Counted from the stretch's first letter, positions 1 to 8,556 are shown. The stretch: 20,418 nt of DNA from Gemmatimonadales bacterium (GCA_041577295.1 JBFGJG010000064.1:1-20418), one strand, 5' to 3'. Made by a program: numbers and translations. Notes: generated by a model not told the origin, from the letters alone.

Positions 1-62
1 CCATACGTGAGGGAGTGGCAGAGGTTTGTGACGAAAGCGCCGAAGTCGTCTGGAGGCGCATC

Positions 63-2336
63 ATGTCGGCCGCCCAGGATCCAACCGTCGTTGAGTTACG
101 TTTGTTCGGCCCACCGAGCGTGCGGGTCAGGGGAAAGCTCACATCGCTTCAACCCAAGCGCCTTGCCCTTCTCTCCTACCTGACCATCGCCAAGCCTGGT
201 TCCCTCCATCGCCGCGACGTCCTGCTTGCCCTGTTTTGGCCCGACTGCGACAGCGGCCGCGCCCGCGCGTCGTTGCGGCAGGCGCTCACTGGTTTGCGGC
301 AGGCGCTTGGTGACGGGGTAATCGTCACACAGGGCGACGAAGGAGTCGGTGTAGCGAGGGAGCGGGTCTCGTGCGACGTGTGCAGGTTCGGCATCTGCTT
401 GAACGAGGGAGACCTCGACACGGCGATTCAGCATTACGGCGGACCGCTGATGCACGGAGTGTTCCTGCGGGGGTGTCACGAATTCGAGTGCTGGGCCGAG
501 AAGGAGCGCGCACATCTTGAAAAGGCATTTACCAAAACCTTAGAGCAGTTGGCGCGCACCGCGGAAACCGCCGGCGATATGGAGACGGCCACACGGCGTT
601 GGGACCAACTGGTAGACCACGAGCCCACGAACGCTCACGCGGTCCTGCGAGTGATGACCCTCCTCGAAGCAGCGCAGGACCGTGCAGCGGCGCTCCGGAT
701 AGCAGACAGGCATGTGGCAGCGTGGGAGGAGGTGGCGGCGGCGCCGAATCCAGCTGTGGTCGAGATGGCCGAGCGAATGAAGCAGGAACCGCGTGGGCTG
801 GATGTGGCTCCCGCTCGTGTTCGCTCGTCTCGCGACAAGCGCCGTGTGGCGTCGGTTGCTGCAGTGGCCGTCACCATGCTGACCCTGCTTGGTATCGGCC
901 TCTGGGGCGGGGCCAGACCGACGGCACCTCCCATAGGGGATCTGCCACGCCTGGTCGTCCTCCCGTTCGACAATGTCGGCCCACACCCGACTGCGTATGT
1001 CGTGGATGGTTTTACGGAAGAGATCAATAGCCGACTCGCGAGAATCAGTGGCCTCTATGTCACGTCGCGCACGAGCGCGAGCTTATATAAAGGACGCGCC
1101 AAGCCCCTTCGGGACATTGGTGAAGAACTCAATGTAGCATTCGCCCTAGCGGGGGCCGTTCGGATAGATACGACCGGGCCCAGTTCCGGACGGATCCGCA
1201 TCACCGCGGAACTGCTCCGCATCGCCGATGGTCAGCGGCTTTGGTCCGACCACTTCTCGGCACAGTTCGCCCCCGGCGCCATCTTCGACGTACAGTCCGA
1301 CATTGCCAACGAAGTGGCACGCGCACTGAACGTGGTGCTCATAGGCTCCGAACGTGTCGCCATCACATCACACCCCACCGACAACGCGGACGCATTCGAC
1401 CTTTACCTCCTCGGCCGCTTCCACTGGAACAAGCGGTCGCAGGCTGGACTGGAGCAGGCGGCATCGTATTTCGAGCAAGCAATCCAGCAGGACACTGCCT
1501 ATGCGCTGGCGTATGCGGGTCTGGCAGATGTCTACGCTATCCTGAGCGCGTGGGGATTTGCCGTGCCAAACGTGGTGAACCCAAAAGGTAAAGCCGCTGC
1601 TCACAAGGCGCTCGAACTGGATTCGACGCTCGCCGAGGCCTACGTTTCGCTCGGATGGATCACATTCGCGTACGATCGTGACTGGAAAGCCGCCGAGTCC
1701 TATTTCCGGCGGGCGATCGCGCTGAATCCGCGATACGCGACTGCGCATCATTGGTACAGTATCGTTTCCCTTCCGCTCGGCCGCTTTGACACGGCCCATG
1801 CCGCGATTCAGCGAGCGCGACAGCTCTCGCCCCTTTCGATGATCATCAATACGCAGATAGCCCTCCCTTTCTACTACAACCGACAACACGATGCCGCGCT
1901 CGAACATTTTCTGGCCATCATGGCGATAGACTCGCTGTATCCGCCGCTGTTGTTTGAGCTTGGCGAGGTCTATATGGCGAAGGGAATGTACGAGGACGCT
2001 GTCAGAGTGCTTGCGAGATCTAATCAGATTTCACCCAACAGTCGTACTAGAGGCGTGTTGGGGATGGCGTACGGGATGGCTGGAAGACGCGATGAGGCCA
2101 TGGCAGTTCTCCGAGAGCTTCGCGAAAGTGCGAGCCAACAGTACGTGCCGGCGACGGCCTTCGCCTGGCTCTTCATCGGCCTTGGAGAAGCGGACTCCGC
2201 TCTTTCATGGCTCGAACGAGCGTACGAGGATCGAAACTGGCACCTCTTGCTGGCCGGCGTGGACACGCACTTCGATCCGCTGCGTGGTGATCCCCGTTTC
2301 GAAGAACTCCTGGCGCGGCTGAACTTGCCATCCTGA
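63..2336 (+). CDS. Membrane-spanning transcriptional regulator: SARP-like winged HTH + BTAD, TM helix, TolB-N-like domain and TPR repeats
   Basis: N-term ELRLFGPPSV...KRLALLSYL...RRDVLLALFWPD...RASLRQAL and CDVCRF...YGGPL...FECW match SARP/BTAD. Hydrophobic VASVAAVAVTMLTLLGIGLWG follows. RLVVLPFDNVG...DGFTEEINSRLARISGLYVTSRTS is TolB-like, then TPR repeats ending DPLRGDPRFEELL. ATG at 63 has GGAGG 6 nt upstream; the ORF track starts at GTG 15. Confidence 0.88.
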   Translation: MSAAQDPTVVELRLFGPPSVRVRGKLTSLQPKRLALLSYLTIAKPGSLHRRDVLLALFWPDCDSGRARASLRQALTGLRQALGDGVIVTQGDEGVGVARERVSCDVCRFGICLNEGDLDTAIQHYGGPLMHGVFLRGCHEFECWAEKERAHLEKAFTKTLEQLARTAETAGDMETATRRWDQLVDHEPTNAHAVLRVMTLLEAAQDRAAALRIADRHVAAWEEVAAAPNPAVVEMAERMKQEPRGLDVAPARVRSSRDKRRVASVAAVAVTMLTLLGIGLWGGARPTAPPIGDLPRLVVLPFDNVGPHPTAYVVDGFTEEINSRLARISGLYVTSRTSASLYKGRAKPLRDIGEELNVAFALAGAVRIDTTGPSSGRIRITAELLRIADGQRLWSDHFSAQFAPGAIFDVQSDIANEVARALNVVLIGSERVAITSHPTDNADAFDLYLLGRFHWNKRSQAGLEQAASYFEQAIQQDTAYALAYAGLADVYAILSAWGFAVPNVVNPKGKAAAHKALELDSTLAEAYVSLGWITFAYDRDWKAAESYFRRAIALNPRYATAHHWYSIVSLPLGRFDTAHAAIQRARQLSPLSMIINTQIALPFYYNRQHDAALEHFLAIMAIDSLYPPLLFELGEVYMAKGMYEDAVRVLARSNQISPNSRTRGVLGMAYGMAGRRDEAMAVLRELRESASQQYVPATAFAWLFIGLGEADSALSWLERAYEDRNWHLLLAGVDTHFDPLRGDPRFEELLARLNLPS

Positions 2337-2622
2337 TGACGCGACCGTTACTGCAAGTCTAGGTTTGCAGCGCACATTCCAGCAGGACCGGGCCGGGGAA
2401 TCGCCCCGTTCTCAACATGGCGCGGGTTCGGGCGCGACCGCCGTCGCACATTACGCCCTGGACTCCGACTTCTCGCCGCAAAGTGCTTACACACTCCGAG
2501 AGCTGCGGTGAACCGAGAGTGGAATCACCCGGCCGCATCCCTCCGGTACGGCCGCCCTGCTCGGCTCACGGCGCAGGGAACCCGCGGCCACCGCAGCCCT
2601 TGACGAACGTTGAGATAGCCGT

Positions 2623-3042
2623 TTAGAAGATGCGCAAGGTATAGATTCCCCGCTCAGAGCGGACGAGCAGCCGGACCGCTGCGCCTTCCTGTACAGCGAT
2701 CGGTCGGGTCGCAAACTGTTCGTGGTTGGAGCCTACAGGCCGAATCCCTAGGCGAATGGGCCGCTTGGCAAGCGGCACGCGAAACGTCCTGCTGAAGTTC
2801 GCCTGAACGACGCCCATCCGGACGGGTGCCCCCGTGTCCTCGGGCAATACATAGATCTCGACCCGCTGTGAGTGGTTGTTGGTGACTGTGAGCCCGAACG
2901 CCGTATCGGCTAGGGGTGGAGTAGCGGATTGAGTACCCCCGATTTGGTTCGCCGCGCATGCACTGAACAGAACTGTAACCATCAGCGCTCCTGCAACGTG
3001 CGGGCCGCGGCCTCGCTTGTCGTGTCTCATCACTCGCCTCAT
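2623..3042 (-). CDS. Hypothetical lipoprotein (small beta-rich domain)
   Basis: 139-aa ORF with basic N-terminus, hydrophobic stretch and lipobox-like VLFSAC, followed by alternating beta-strand pattern (LTVTNNH..VEIYV..RMGVV..FRVP..IRLGIRP). Confidence 0.65.
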   Translation of the reverse strand: MRRVMRHDKRGRGPHVAGALMVTVLFSACAANQIGGTQSATPPLADTAFGLTVTNNHSQRVEIYVLPEDTGAPVRMGVVQANFSRTFRVPLAKRPIRLGIRPVGSNHEQFATRPIAVQEGAAVRLLVRSERGIYTLRIF

Positions 3043-3481
3043 TAGCTAAACTCGCGCCGGTGCGACGCCACTCAGATGCTGCTTCGCTACGCGGACCAAG
3101 CTATAGAGGCAGCGTGAACAGATTGGGGGTGGACCCGTGAACCGGATTGCTCACGCTTTGTTCACGGCTCGAAGGTGGGGTCAAGCGATTTCTGGACAAC
3201 CAGCCGAGCGGGGTTCTTGAGCTTTACGGCCGTGATTGGCCAACGCACGGACACCGACGATCCCCCCACATCCGAATCCCGACCGCCGTTGTCGGTGTAG
3301 CACTGCATGCTTTAGCCGTAATTCATTCCCGCTTCACACTCCCGTACTTACGGATGTGCATTCGCCAAGCATGCCCGGCTCTTCTCGTCGGGAGCCTTTG
3401 GGGGTCCCGTCAGGACGGTATCCAGGCTCTCGGCGTGACGCGTGGTTGCGATACCGACTACTCGCCTTCGTGGGAGGAATC

Positions 3482-4714
3482 ATGAGTCTCATGCTCGATC
3501 ATCGCGAATTGTACCGACTACCTTGGAGTCTGCCGGACAATGCGATCGGATGGCTCGAGCCTACAGCCAAGTGCAACCTCGCCTGCTACGGCTGCTACCG
3601 AGCCAACGTCAACCAGCACAAGTCGCTGGAATCGGTTTCGGCGGAACTCGATGTTTTCGAGCGCTATCGAACGGTCGACGGTGTATCCATCGCGGGAGGT
3701 GATCCGCTGACTCACCCGCAAATCGTGGACATCGTACGCATGGTTGCCGCGCGGGGATGGAAGCCCATCCTCAATACGAACGGGCTCGCCTTGAACGAGG
3801 AGCTGGTGCGCGATCTCAAGGCCGCTGGTCTCCAGGGCTTCACCTTCCATATCGACAGCAAGCAGGGCCGGCCCAAATGGAAGAACAAGACCGAGCACGA
3901 GCTCAACACCCTGCGGTTACGCTACGCGGAGATGGTCGCGCGCGTGGGAGGCCTCGGGTGCGCGTTCAACTCGACAGTGTACGACGATACACTCGATGCG
4001 GTGCCTGACCTCGCGAAGTGGGCCCAGCAGCACATCGACATCGTGCACGTGATCGTCTTCATTTGCTTCCGCACGGCGGTGCCCGCGGGCGACTTCGAGT
4101 ACTACGCCGGCAGCCGGCACGTGGACATGAGCCCCCTCACTTATGGGTTCACGCCCACGAACGAGCGCACCGATATCACGGCCTCTGAGGTCGTGGGCAA
4201 AATCCGTGAGGCCTATCCCGACTTCATGCCCTGTGCCTACCTCAACGGCACTGAGAAGCCCGACTCCTTCAAGTGGCTGCTGTCGATGCGTATCGGTACG
4301 AGCCGCCGGATCTATGGCTATGCCGGTCCGAAGATGGTCGAGCTCGCGCAGACGATGCATCACCTGCGCACGGGCCGGTACCTCGCCTATTCGCCACCGT
4401 CGGTGCTTCGGCGTGGTCGCTCGATGTTGTGGCTGTGGCCCGTTGACCGCGGCATCCGTGCGGCGTTTCGCCGCGCGCTGTTCGATCCCACTGTCGCGTT
4501 CCGGCGCCTGCACCTCCAATCCATCATGATTATCCAACCGATCGATGTGTTGGCCGATGGGCGTCAGAACATGTGCGACGGCTGTCCGGACATGACGGTG
4601 TGGAACGGTCGGCTGGCATGGTCCTGTCGGCTGGAGGAGTGTTTGCACTTCGGACAGTTCGTGCGCACCGTTCCCACAAGCCGCGAGGCGGCGCTCACCA
4701 ACGTGGGACCATAG
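3482..4714 (+). CDS. Radical SAM protein, uncharacterised family (410 aa)
   Basis: CxxxCxxC motif CNLACYGC, GGDP motif (SIAGGDPLTHP), LNTNG strand, C-terminal CDGC-x13-C-x4-C. ATG 3482 is preceded by GGAGGA. Confidence 0.9.
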   Translation: MSLMLDHRELYRLPWSLPDNAIGWLEPTAKCNLACYGCYRANVNQHKSLESVSAELDVFERYRTVDGVSIAGGDPLTHPQIVDIVRMVAARGWKPILNTNGLALNEELVRDLKAAGLQGFTFHIDSKQGRPKWKNKTEHELNTLRLRYAEMVARVGGLGCAFNSTVYDDTLDAVPDLAKWAQQHIDIVHVIVFICFRTAVPAGDFEYYAGSRHVDMSPLTYGFTPTNERTDITASEVVGKIREAYPDFMPCAYLNGTEKPDSFKWLLSMRIGTSRRIYGYAGPKMVELAQTMHHLRTGRYLAYSPPSVLRRGRSMLWLWPVDRGIRAAFRRALFDPTVAFRRLHLQSIMIIQPIDVLADGRQNMCDGCPDMTVWNGRLAWSCRLEECLHFGQFVRTVPTSREAALTNVGP

Positions 4715-4863
4715 ATGTTCGTGCCGCCCCGCTAGGCTCACGACCGGCATTAGCTCGAAACCCGCGTCGCCCTTTCACGCGGCGGCGCATCCAACCCTGC
4801 GCGAGCGCTCGCCAAAGGGGTCGCGACGGTCACTGTAAAAGGGAATGGTGAGTCGACCCCACC

Positions 4864-4892
4864 TTGCCCCCCACCACCGCGCCCACCATGCT
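4864..4892 (+). promoter_or_regulatory. Putative sigma70 promoter of GTPase gene
   Basis: TTGCCC-N17-CATGCT about 40 nt upstream of ATG 4935. Confidence 0.35.
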
Positions 4893-4934
4893 AATGAGAG
4901 CCATTGGAACGAGCTCTATTGGGAAACCCACGCG

Positions 4935-5918
4935 ATGCCAGCCAACCTCACGCCGGCGTACAAGGAGGCCGAGTCCAAGTTCCGGGCCGCGGTGACGCGC
5001 GAGGAGAAGATCGCGTGCCTGGAGGAGATGCTCCGGGTCATCCCCAAACACAAGGGCACCGACAAGCTGCAGGCCGATCTGCGCTCACGTCTCTCGAGGC
5101 TCAAGCGCGAACCAAAGAAGAAAGGGCCCGCCCGCAGGGACAGTCACCGCATCCCGCGGGAGGGAGCTGGACAGGTGGTCCTCGTCGGGCCGCCGAATGC
5201 GGGGAAATCGAGCCTCGTGGCGACGCTCACCAACGCGCACCCCGAGGTCGCGAGCTATCCGCTCACCACCCGCGAAGCCACACCGGGCATGATGCCCCAC
5301 GAGGACGTCGCGTTCCAGCTCGTTGACCTACCGCCTTTGTGCGAAGAACACGTGGAACCGTGGGTGTACGACCTGGTGCGCGGCGGGGACCTGGCGTGGC
5401 TAGTGCTGAGCATCGAGCACCCACTCGCAGGGTTAGACCTCGTCATGGAACTCCTCGCCCAGAAAGCGATCGTGCCCTACCCTACCGGCCGCGACAAACC
5501 CGATGAGTCTCGCCCGGGCTGGATGCGCAAACCTGCCCTGCTGGTGATCACCGGAATGGACCGCGAGGGCGCGCACGAGGATCTCGCCGCGTTTCACGAG
5601 CTGCTCGAGGTTCCGTGGCGCACGATACCCGTCTCGACGGTGTTGGGTACGGGACTCGAGGAGTTGGGCAAGAACACCTTCCATGCGCTCGACATCATGC
5701 GGATCTACACCAAGGAGCCGAGGAAGGACGCGGACATGGAGCGGCCGTTCACGTTAGCACGCGGCTCCACCGTGGGCGATCTCGCCCGCCACATCCACAA
5801 GGACATCGCGGACGGGCTCAAGTTCGCGCGTGTGTGGGGACCGAGCGCGTTCGACGGCCAGTCGGTGCACGCTGCGCACGTGCTGGAGGAGGGAGATGTG
5901 GTGGAGATACACTGGTGA
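4935..5918 (+). CDS. OBG/DRG-like GTP-binding protein with C-terminal TGS domain (327 aa)
   Basis: N-term MPANLTP...IPKHKGTDKL, G1 GPPNAGKSS, G2 YPLTT, G3 DLPP, G4-position TGMD, G5 VST, TGS domain RIYTKEP...GSTVGDLARHIHKDI...ARVWG...HVLEEGDVVEIH. Confidence 0.9.
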   Translation: MPANLTPAYKEAESKFRAAVTREEKIACLEEMLRVIPKHKGTDKLQADLRSRLSRLKREPKKKGPARRDSHRIPREGAGQVVLVGPPNAGKSSLVATLTNAHPEVASYPLTTREATPGMMPHEDVAFQLVDLPPLCEEHVEPWVYDLVRGGDLAWLVLSIEHPLAGLDLVMELLAQKAIVPYPTGRDKPDESRPGWMRKPALLVITGMDREGAHEDLAAFHELLEVPWRTIPVSTVLGTGLEELGKNTFHALDIMRIYTKEPRKDADMERPFTLARGSTVGDLARHIHKDIADGLKFARVWGPSAFDGQSVHAAHVLEEGDVVEIHW

Positions 5919-5986
5919 GTGCAGAGTGCAGAGTGCAGAACAGAGTGCAGAATGCAGAGTGCAGAATGCAGAATGCAGAGTGCAGA
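5917..5986. repeat. Heptanucleotide tandem repeat (GAGTGCA/GAATGCA)
   Basis: Nine full GARTGCA units plus one truncated GAACA unit, beginning within the GTPase stop codon. Confidence 0.95.
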
Positions 5987-6089
5987 TTGTTGCCACCTCC
6001 GGCGCCCTCCGCGATTTACTTGCCGATAAAACGCACCTCCGAGCATACTTTGGTTAGACGTACGGCGTAACCACGCTCAATGTTGGAGC

Positions 6090-6296
6090 ATGAACCTCAT
6101 GAAATACAAGATTGCGCTTCGCCAGACTGACGAGGGATTCAGCGTCTCGGTCCCGGGCCTACCGGGCTGCTGGTCACAGGGCGTCACTGAAAACGAGGCG
6201 CTGGAAAACACCCGGGATGCGATTCGAGAGTACCTCGCCGCCCGCGACGATCTTTTGGAGGCAGCCGAGGTGCGGGAAATCGAGGTGACACCCTAG
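6090..6296 (+). CDS. hicB: HicB-family (UPF0150) antitoxin-like protein, no adjacent hicA
   Basis: YKIALRQTDEGFSVSVPGLPGCWSQGVTENEALENTRDAIREYL is the typical HicB N-domain signature. Alternative start ATG 6099. Confidence 0.88.
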   Translation: MNLMKYKIALRQTDEGFSVSVPGLPGCWSQGVTENEALENTRDAIREYLAARDDLLEAAEVREIEVTP

Positions 6297-6402
6297 CCTT
6301 GCCGAGAACCCTCTCACTCCTTCGATCCCCCCTCCCATTCTCCTTCCCCTCCCGCTTCGCACGGCGCGCCAGCAGCTGCCGTGACAATAACGGCCCCGTC
6401 CC

Positions 6403-6423
6403 GATTGCTGATTGTTGATTGAC
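6403..6423. repeat. Short heptamer tandem repeat GATTGYT-like x3
   Basis: gattgct gattgtt gattgac. Confidence 0.55.
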
Positions 6424-6566
6424 GGATCAAGACAGACTTGCCAGCACTGCGCGGCATTTGGATCCAGTTTTCGGTAAAACGACTCCCACTGTCACATCCA
6501 AGTCTCACATCATGCGCGGGTGGAGGGCGGTTGCGCATGTCATCTGGCCGAGGCGAGCTTATACGT

Positions 6567-7109
6567 ATGGCAGCTCCGGTATACTACACTGCGGACATGG
6601 TGCGGGCGCTTCCCGACGACGGCAATCGGTACGAGACCGTCCACGGGGAGCTGCTGGTGACCCCGGCGCCCCGGCTGTGGCATCAGGAGATCGTAGGGCG
6701 CCTCTACGAGCAGCTTCGCGCGTACGTCCGGAAGTATCCTGTCGGGCATGTACTCCACTCGCCCGCGGACATCTCGTGGAGCGATGACACGTTGGTCCAG
6801 CCCGATTTGTTTGTCGCGGACCTGGCGCAGGTGCGCACGCTCGATTGGACGAACGTCAAGACGCTGCTCCTCGTGATCGAGGTGCTGAGCCCCAGCACGG
6901 CGAGATACGATCGCTTCACCAAGCGGCGGCTCTACCAGGAAGTGCGGATCCCGCTCTACTGGATCGTGGATCCCGATGGGCGTCACGTGGAAGTCTGGAC
7001 ACCCGAGCTGCGCCTTCCCCGTGTCGAGCGCGAGCGGGTAGTGTGGGACGCCGAGGGGGCTGGCGAGCCGCTGGAGATTGGGCTCGAGGAGTTGCTGAAG
7101 CCGATTTAG
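6567..7109 (+). CDS. Uma2 (DUF820) family PD-(D/E)xK endonuclease-fold protein (180 aa)
   Basis: LPDDGNRYETVHGELLVTPAP...HQ, VQPDLFV, LVIEVLSPST...DRFTKRRLY, YWIVDP are characteristic Uma2 motifs. Confidence 0.92.
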   Translation: MAAPVYYTADMVRALPDDGNRYETVHGELLVTPAPRLWHQEIVGRLYEQLRAYVRKYPVGHVLHSPADISWSDDTLVQPDLFVADLAQVRTLDWTNVKTLLLVIEVLSPSTARYDRFTKRRLYQEVRIPLYWIVDPDGRHVEVWTPELRLPRVERERVVWDAEGAGEPLEIGLEELLKPI

Positions 7110-7231
7110 GAGTGTGTAGGATACCCGGCCCATTTGCAGTGGGAGTACTCAACGAGGACGACGTGTTATCTTGCTAAAGCGTCTGTGATAAGCCAGGCAT
7201 TGGATGTGACATTTATGCCGATGAGGTAGCT

Positions 7232-7411
7232 ATGACGAACAAGCTAGAAGAAGCCAAAGCTGACATCCTGAGACTGAAGAAACGGGCAGAAGAGATTTTA
7301 CAACGCGATCAAGTTGGTGAGGATGTTACGCTGGACGAAATGAAGCAAATACTTCGCGACTACGATTCGGCACTCGATGTCATAGTGGCTGAGCTAACGA
7401 GAGAAGAGTGA
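7232..7411 (+). CDS. Hypothetical 59-aa helical protein (not in ORF track)
   Basis: GAGGT RBS before ATG 7232. Translation: MTNKLEEAKADILRLKKRAEEILQRDQVGEDVTLDEMKQILRDYDSALDVIVAELTREE*, stop TGA 7409-7411, amphipathic helical pattern. Confidence 0.7.
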   Translation: MTNKLEEAKADILRLKKRAEEILQRDQVGEDVTLDEMKQILRDYDSALDVIVAELTREE

Positions 7412-7609
7412 TCGCCGGTGCGTTCGGGCAAAAGACGCGCATTTAGCCCGCATCCATCACCTTACGCAGCCTCGTAGCGCGCTGAGAACGGAGGCTGCTC
7501 CTCATTCCAGATCGTATCTGCCCCTTCTCTCCATCAACATCGCTGCTCGATCGCGAACGCTCCACCATCGCGTCGCGTCAGGGATAGCCCTACGGTGGAA
7601 AGGACCTAC

Positions 7610-8464
7610 CTAGCGGGCCTCAAAATTGAGCGGGTCCCTGAGATTCTGTAACTCCCGGTAGTAATAGAGCGGCGTCGGACGGCGCTTGAGCCGCAGGCTC
7701 TTGAGAAACGCGATCTCGTCCTCGGTCGCAGTACCGCTGAGGGAGGGATCGGCCAGAAAGTTGGTGAGGCCCGGTTCTTCTCCAACAGCGTCTTCCGGTT
7801 TCCGTTCGACGAACGCGAATCGTTTCACGTGCTCTGACACGAGGTCGTGATTCAGGACGATCTCCAGCTCATAGGTGGCGAGGTCCATGCGCCATGACTC
7901 GACGAGCGGATCCAGAAACGAGAGGCTGTTTTCGACCGAGACTTGGAAGACATCGGTATCCAAGAACTCGAGGACATCGACCCGCATCTCTTCGTAGCTT
8001 CGGCCGCTGACACGGGCGACCGTGCGAAGCCAGTCTGCATTCTCCAATTCGTCCTTGGCCACTCGTTTTACGGTCTCCAGCAGCGTCTGGACGATCAGTC
8101 GCTCCAGCTCTCCAAACGGCTCTCTCTCGAAGATCACGCGGACTAATGGTTCCTCATCGGGATGGCATTTGCGGAGGATCAGCTCGCGGACTTCTCGAAA
8201 CAACGGTGCGCGCTCGTCTCCCAATTGCTTCTTCACCAGTTCCGTGCGCTGGATGTCTGCCACCCTCGCCAGCTCCCCGCTGGGGAGCTTCAACACGCGG
8301 TCCATCTTGCCGTAGATGTCTGTTCGGTTCGGAGCGGGAGGAGCCTTCTTGCGCGTCAGCAGTTGCGAGATGTACGACTCGGTCACGCTGGCTGCGCGGG
8401 CAAGGTCCCGCTGCCCCAACCCCAGTTCTTCTAGCCGATGGCGGATCACAAACGCGACGTCCAT
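7610..8464 (-). CDS. XRE-family HTH transcriptional regulator with long uncharacterised C-terminal region (284 aa)
   Basis: IRHRLEELGLGQRDLARAASVTESYISQLLTRKKAPP is an XRE HTH. ATG at 8464 has AAGGAG upstream on the minus strand. Confidence 0.88.
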   Translation of the reverse strand: MDVAFVIRHRLEELGLGQRDLARAASVTESYISQLLTRKKAPPAPNRTDIYGKMDRVLKLPSGELARVADIQRTELVKKQLGDERAPLFREVRELILRKCHPDEEPLVRVIFEREPFGELERLIVQTLLETVKRVAKDELENADWLRTVARVSGRSYEEMRVDVLEFLDTDVFQVSVENSLSFLDPLVESWRMDLATYELEIVLNHDLVSEHVKRFAFVERKPEDAVGEEPGLTNFLADPSLSGTATEDEIAFLKSLRLKRRPTPLYYYRELQNLRDPLNFEAR

Positions 8465-8527
8465 GAGAGTGCTCCTTAACCAGTTGTTCGCCAGGCAACT
8501 CATCAATCTAACCGCCACGCGAGCAAC

Positions 8528-8556
8528 TTGACAAGATTGGTACAGTCTCTTATCTT
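8528..8556 (+). promoter_or_regulatory. Sigma70 promoter for ABM-fold gene
   Basis: Perfect TTGACA (8528-8533), 17-nt spacer, TATCTT (8551-8556). Confidence 0.8.

Noticed and set aside
2337..2622. Small ORF 2417-2626 or an ncRNA in the convergent gap
   Set aside because: No RBS, Pro/Arg-rich non-coding-like composition, and only a short hairpin (CTGCAA...TTGCAG) seen.
3236..3481. N-terminal extension of the radical SAM ORF, or an upstream RiPP precursor
   Set aside because: The extension is non-protein-like and a strong RBS marks ATG 3482; no convincing small ORF with an RBS was found.
5917..5986. CRISPR array or coding repeat (AECRVQN ORFs)
   Set aside because: 7-nt period with no spacers and no cas genes; the overlapping ORFs are translations of the repeat.
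6053..6059. Integron attC core GTTAGAC before hicB (also GTTAGAT near 12432)
   Set aside because: No matching RYYYAAC inverse core or attC-like hairpin at the expected distance, and no integrase.
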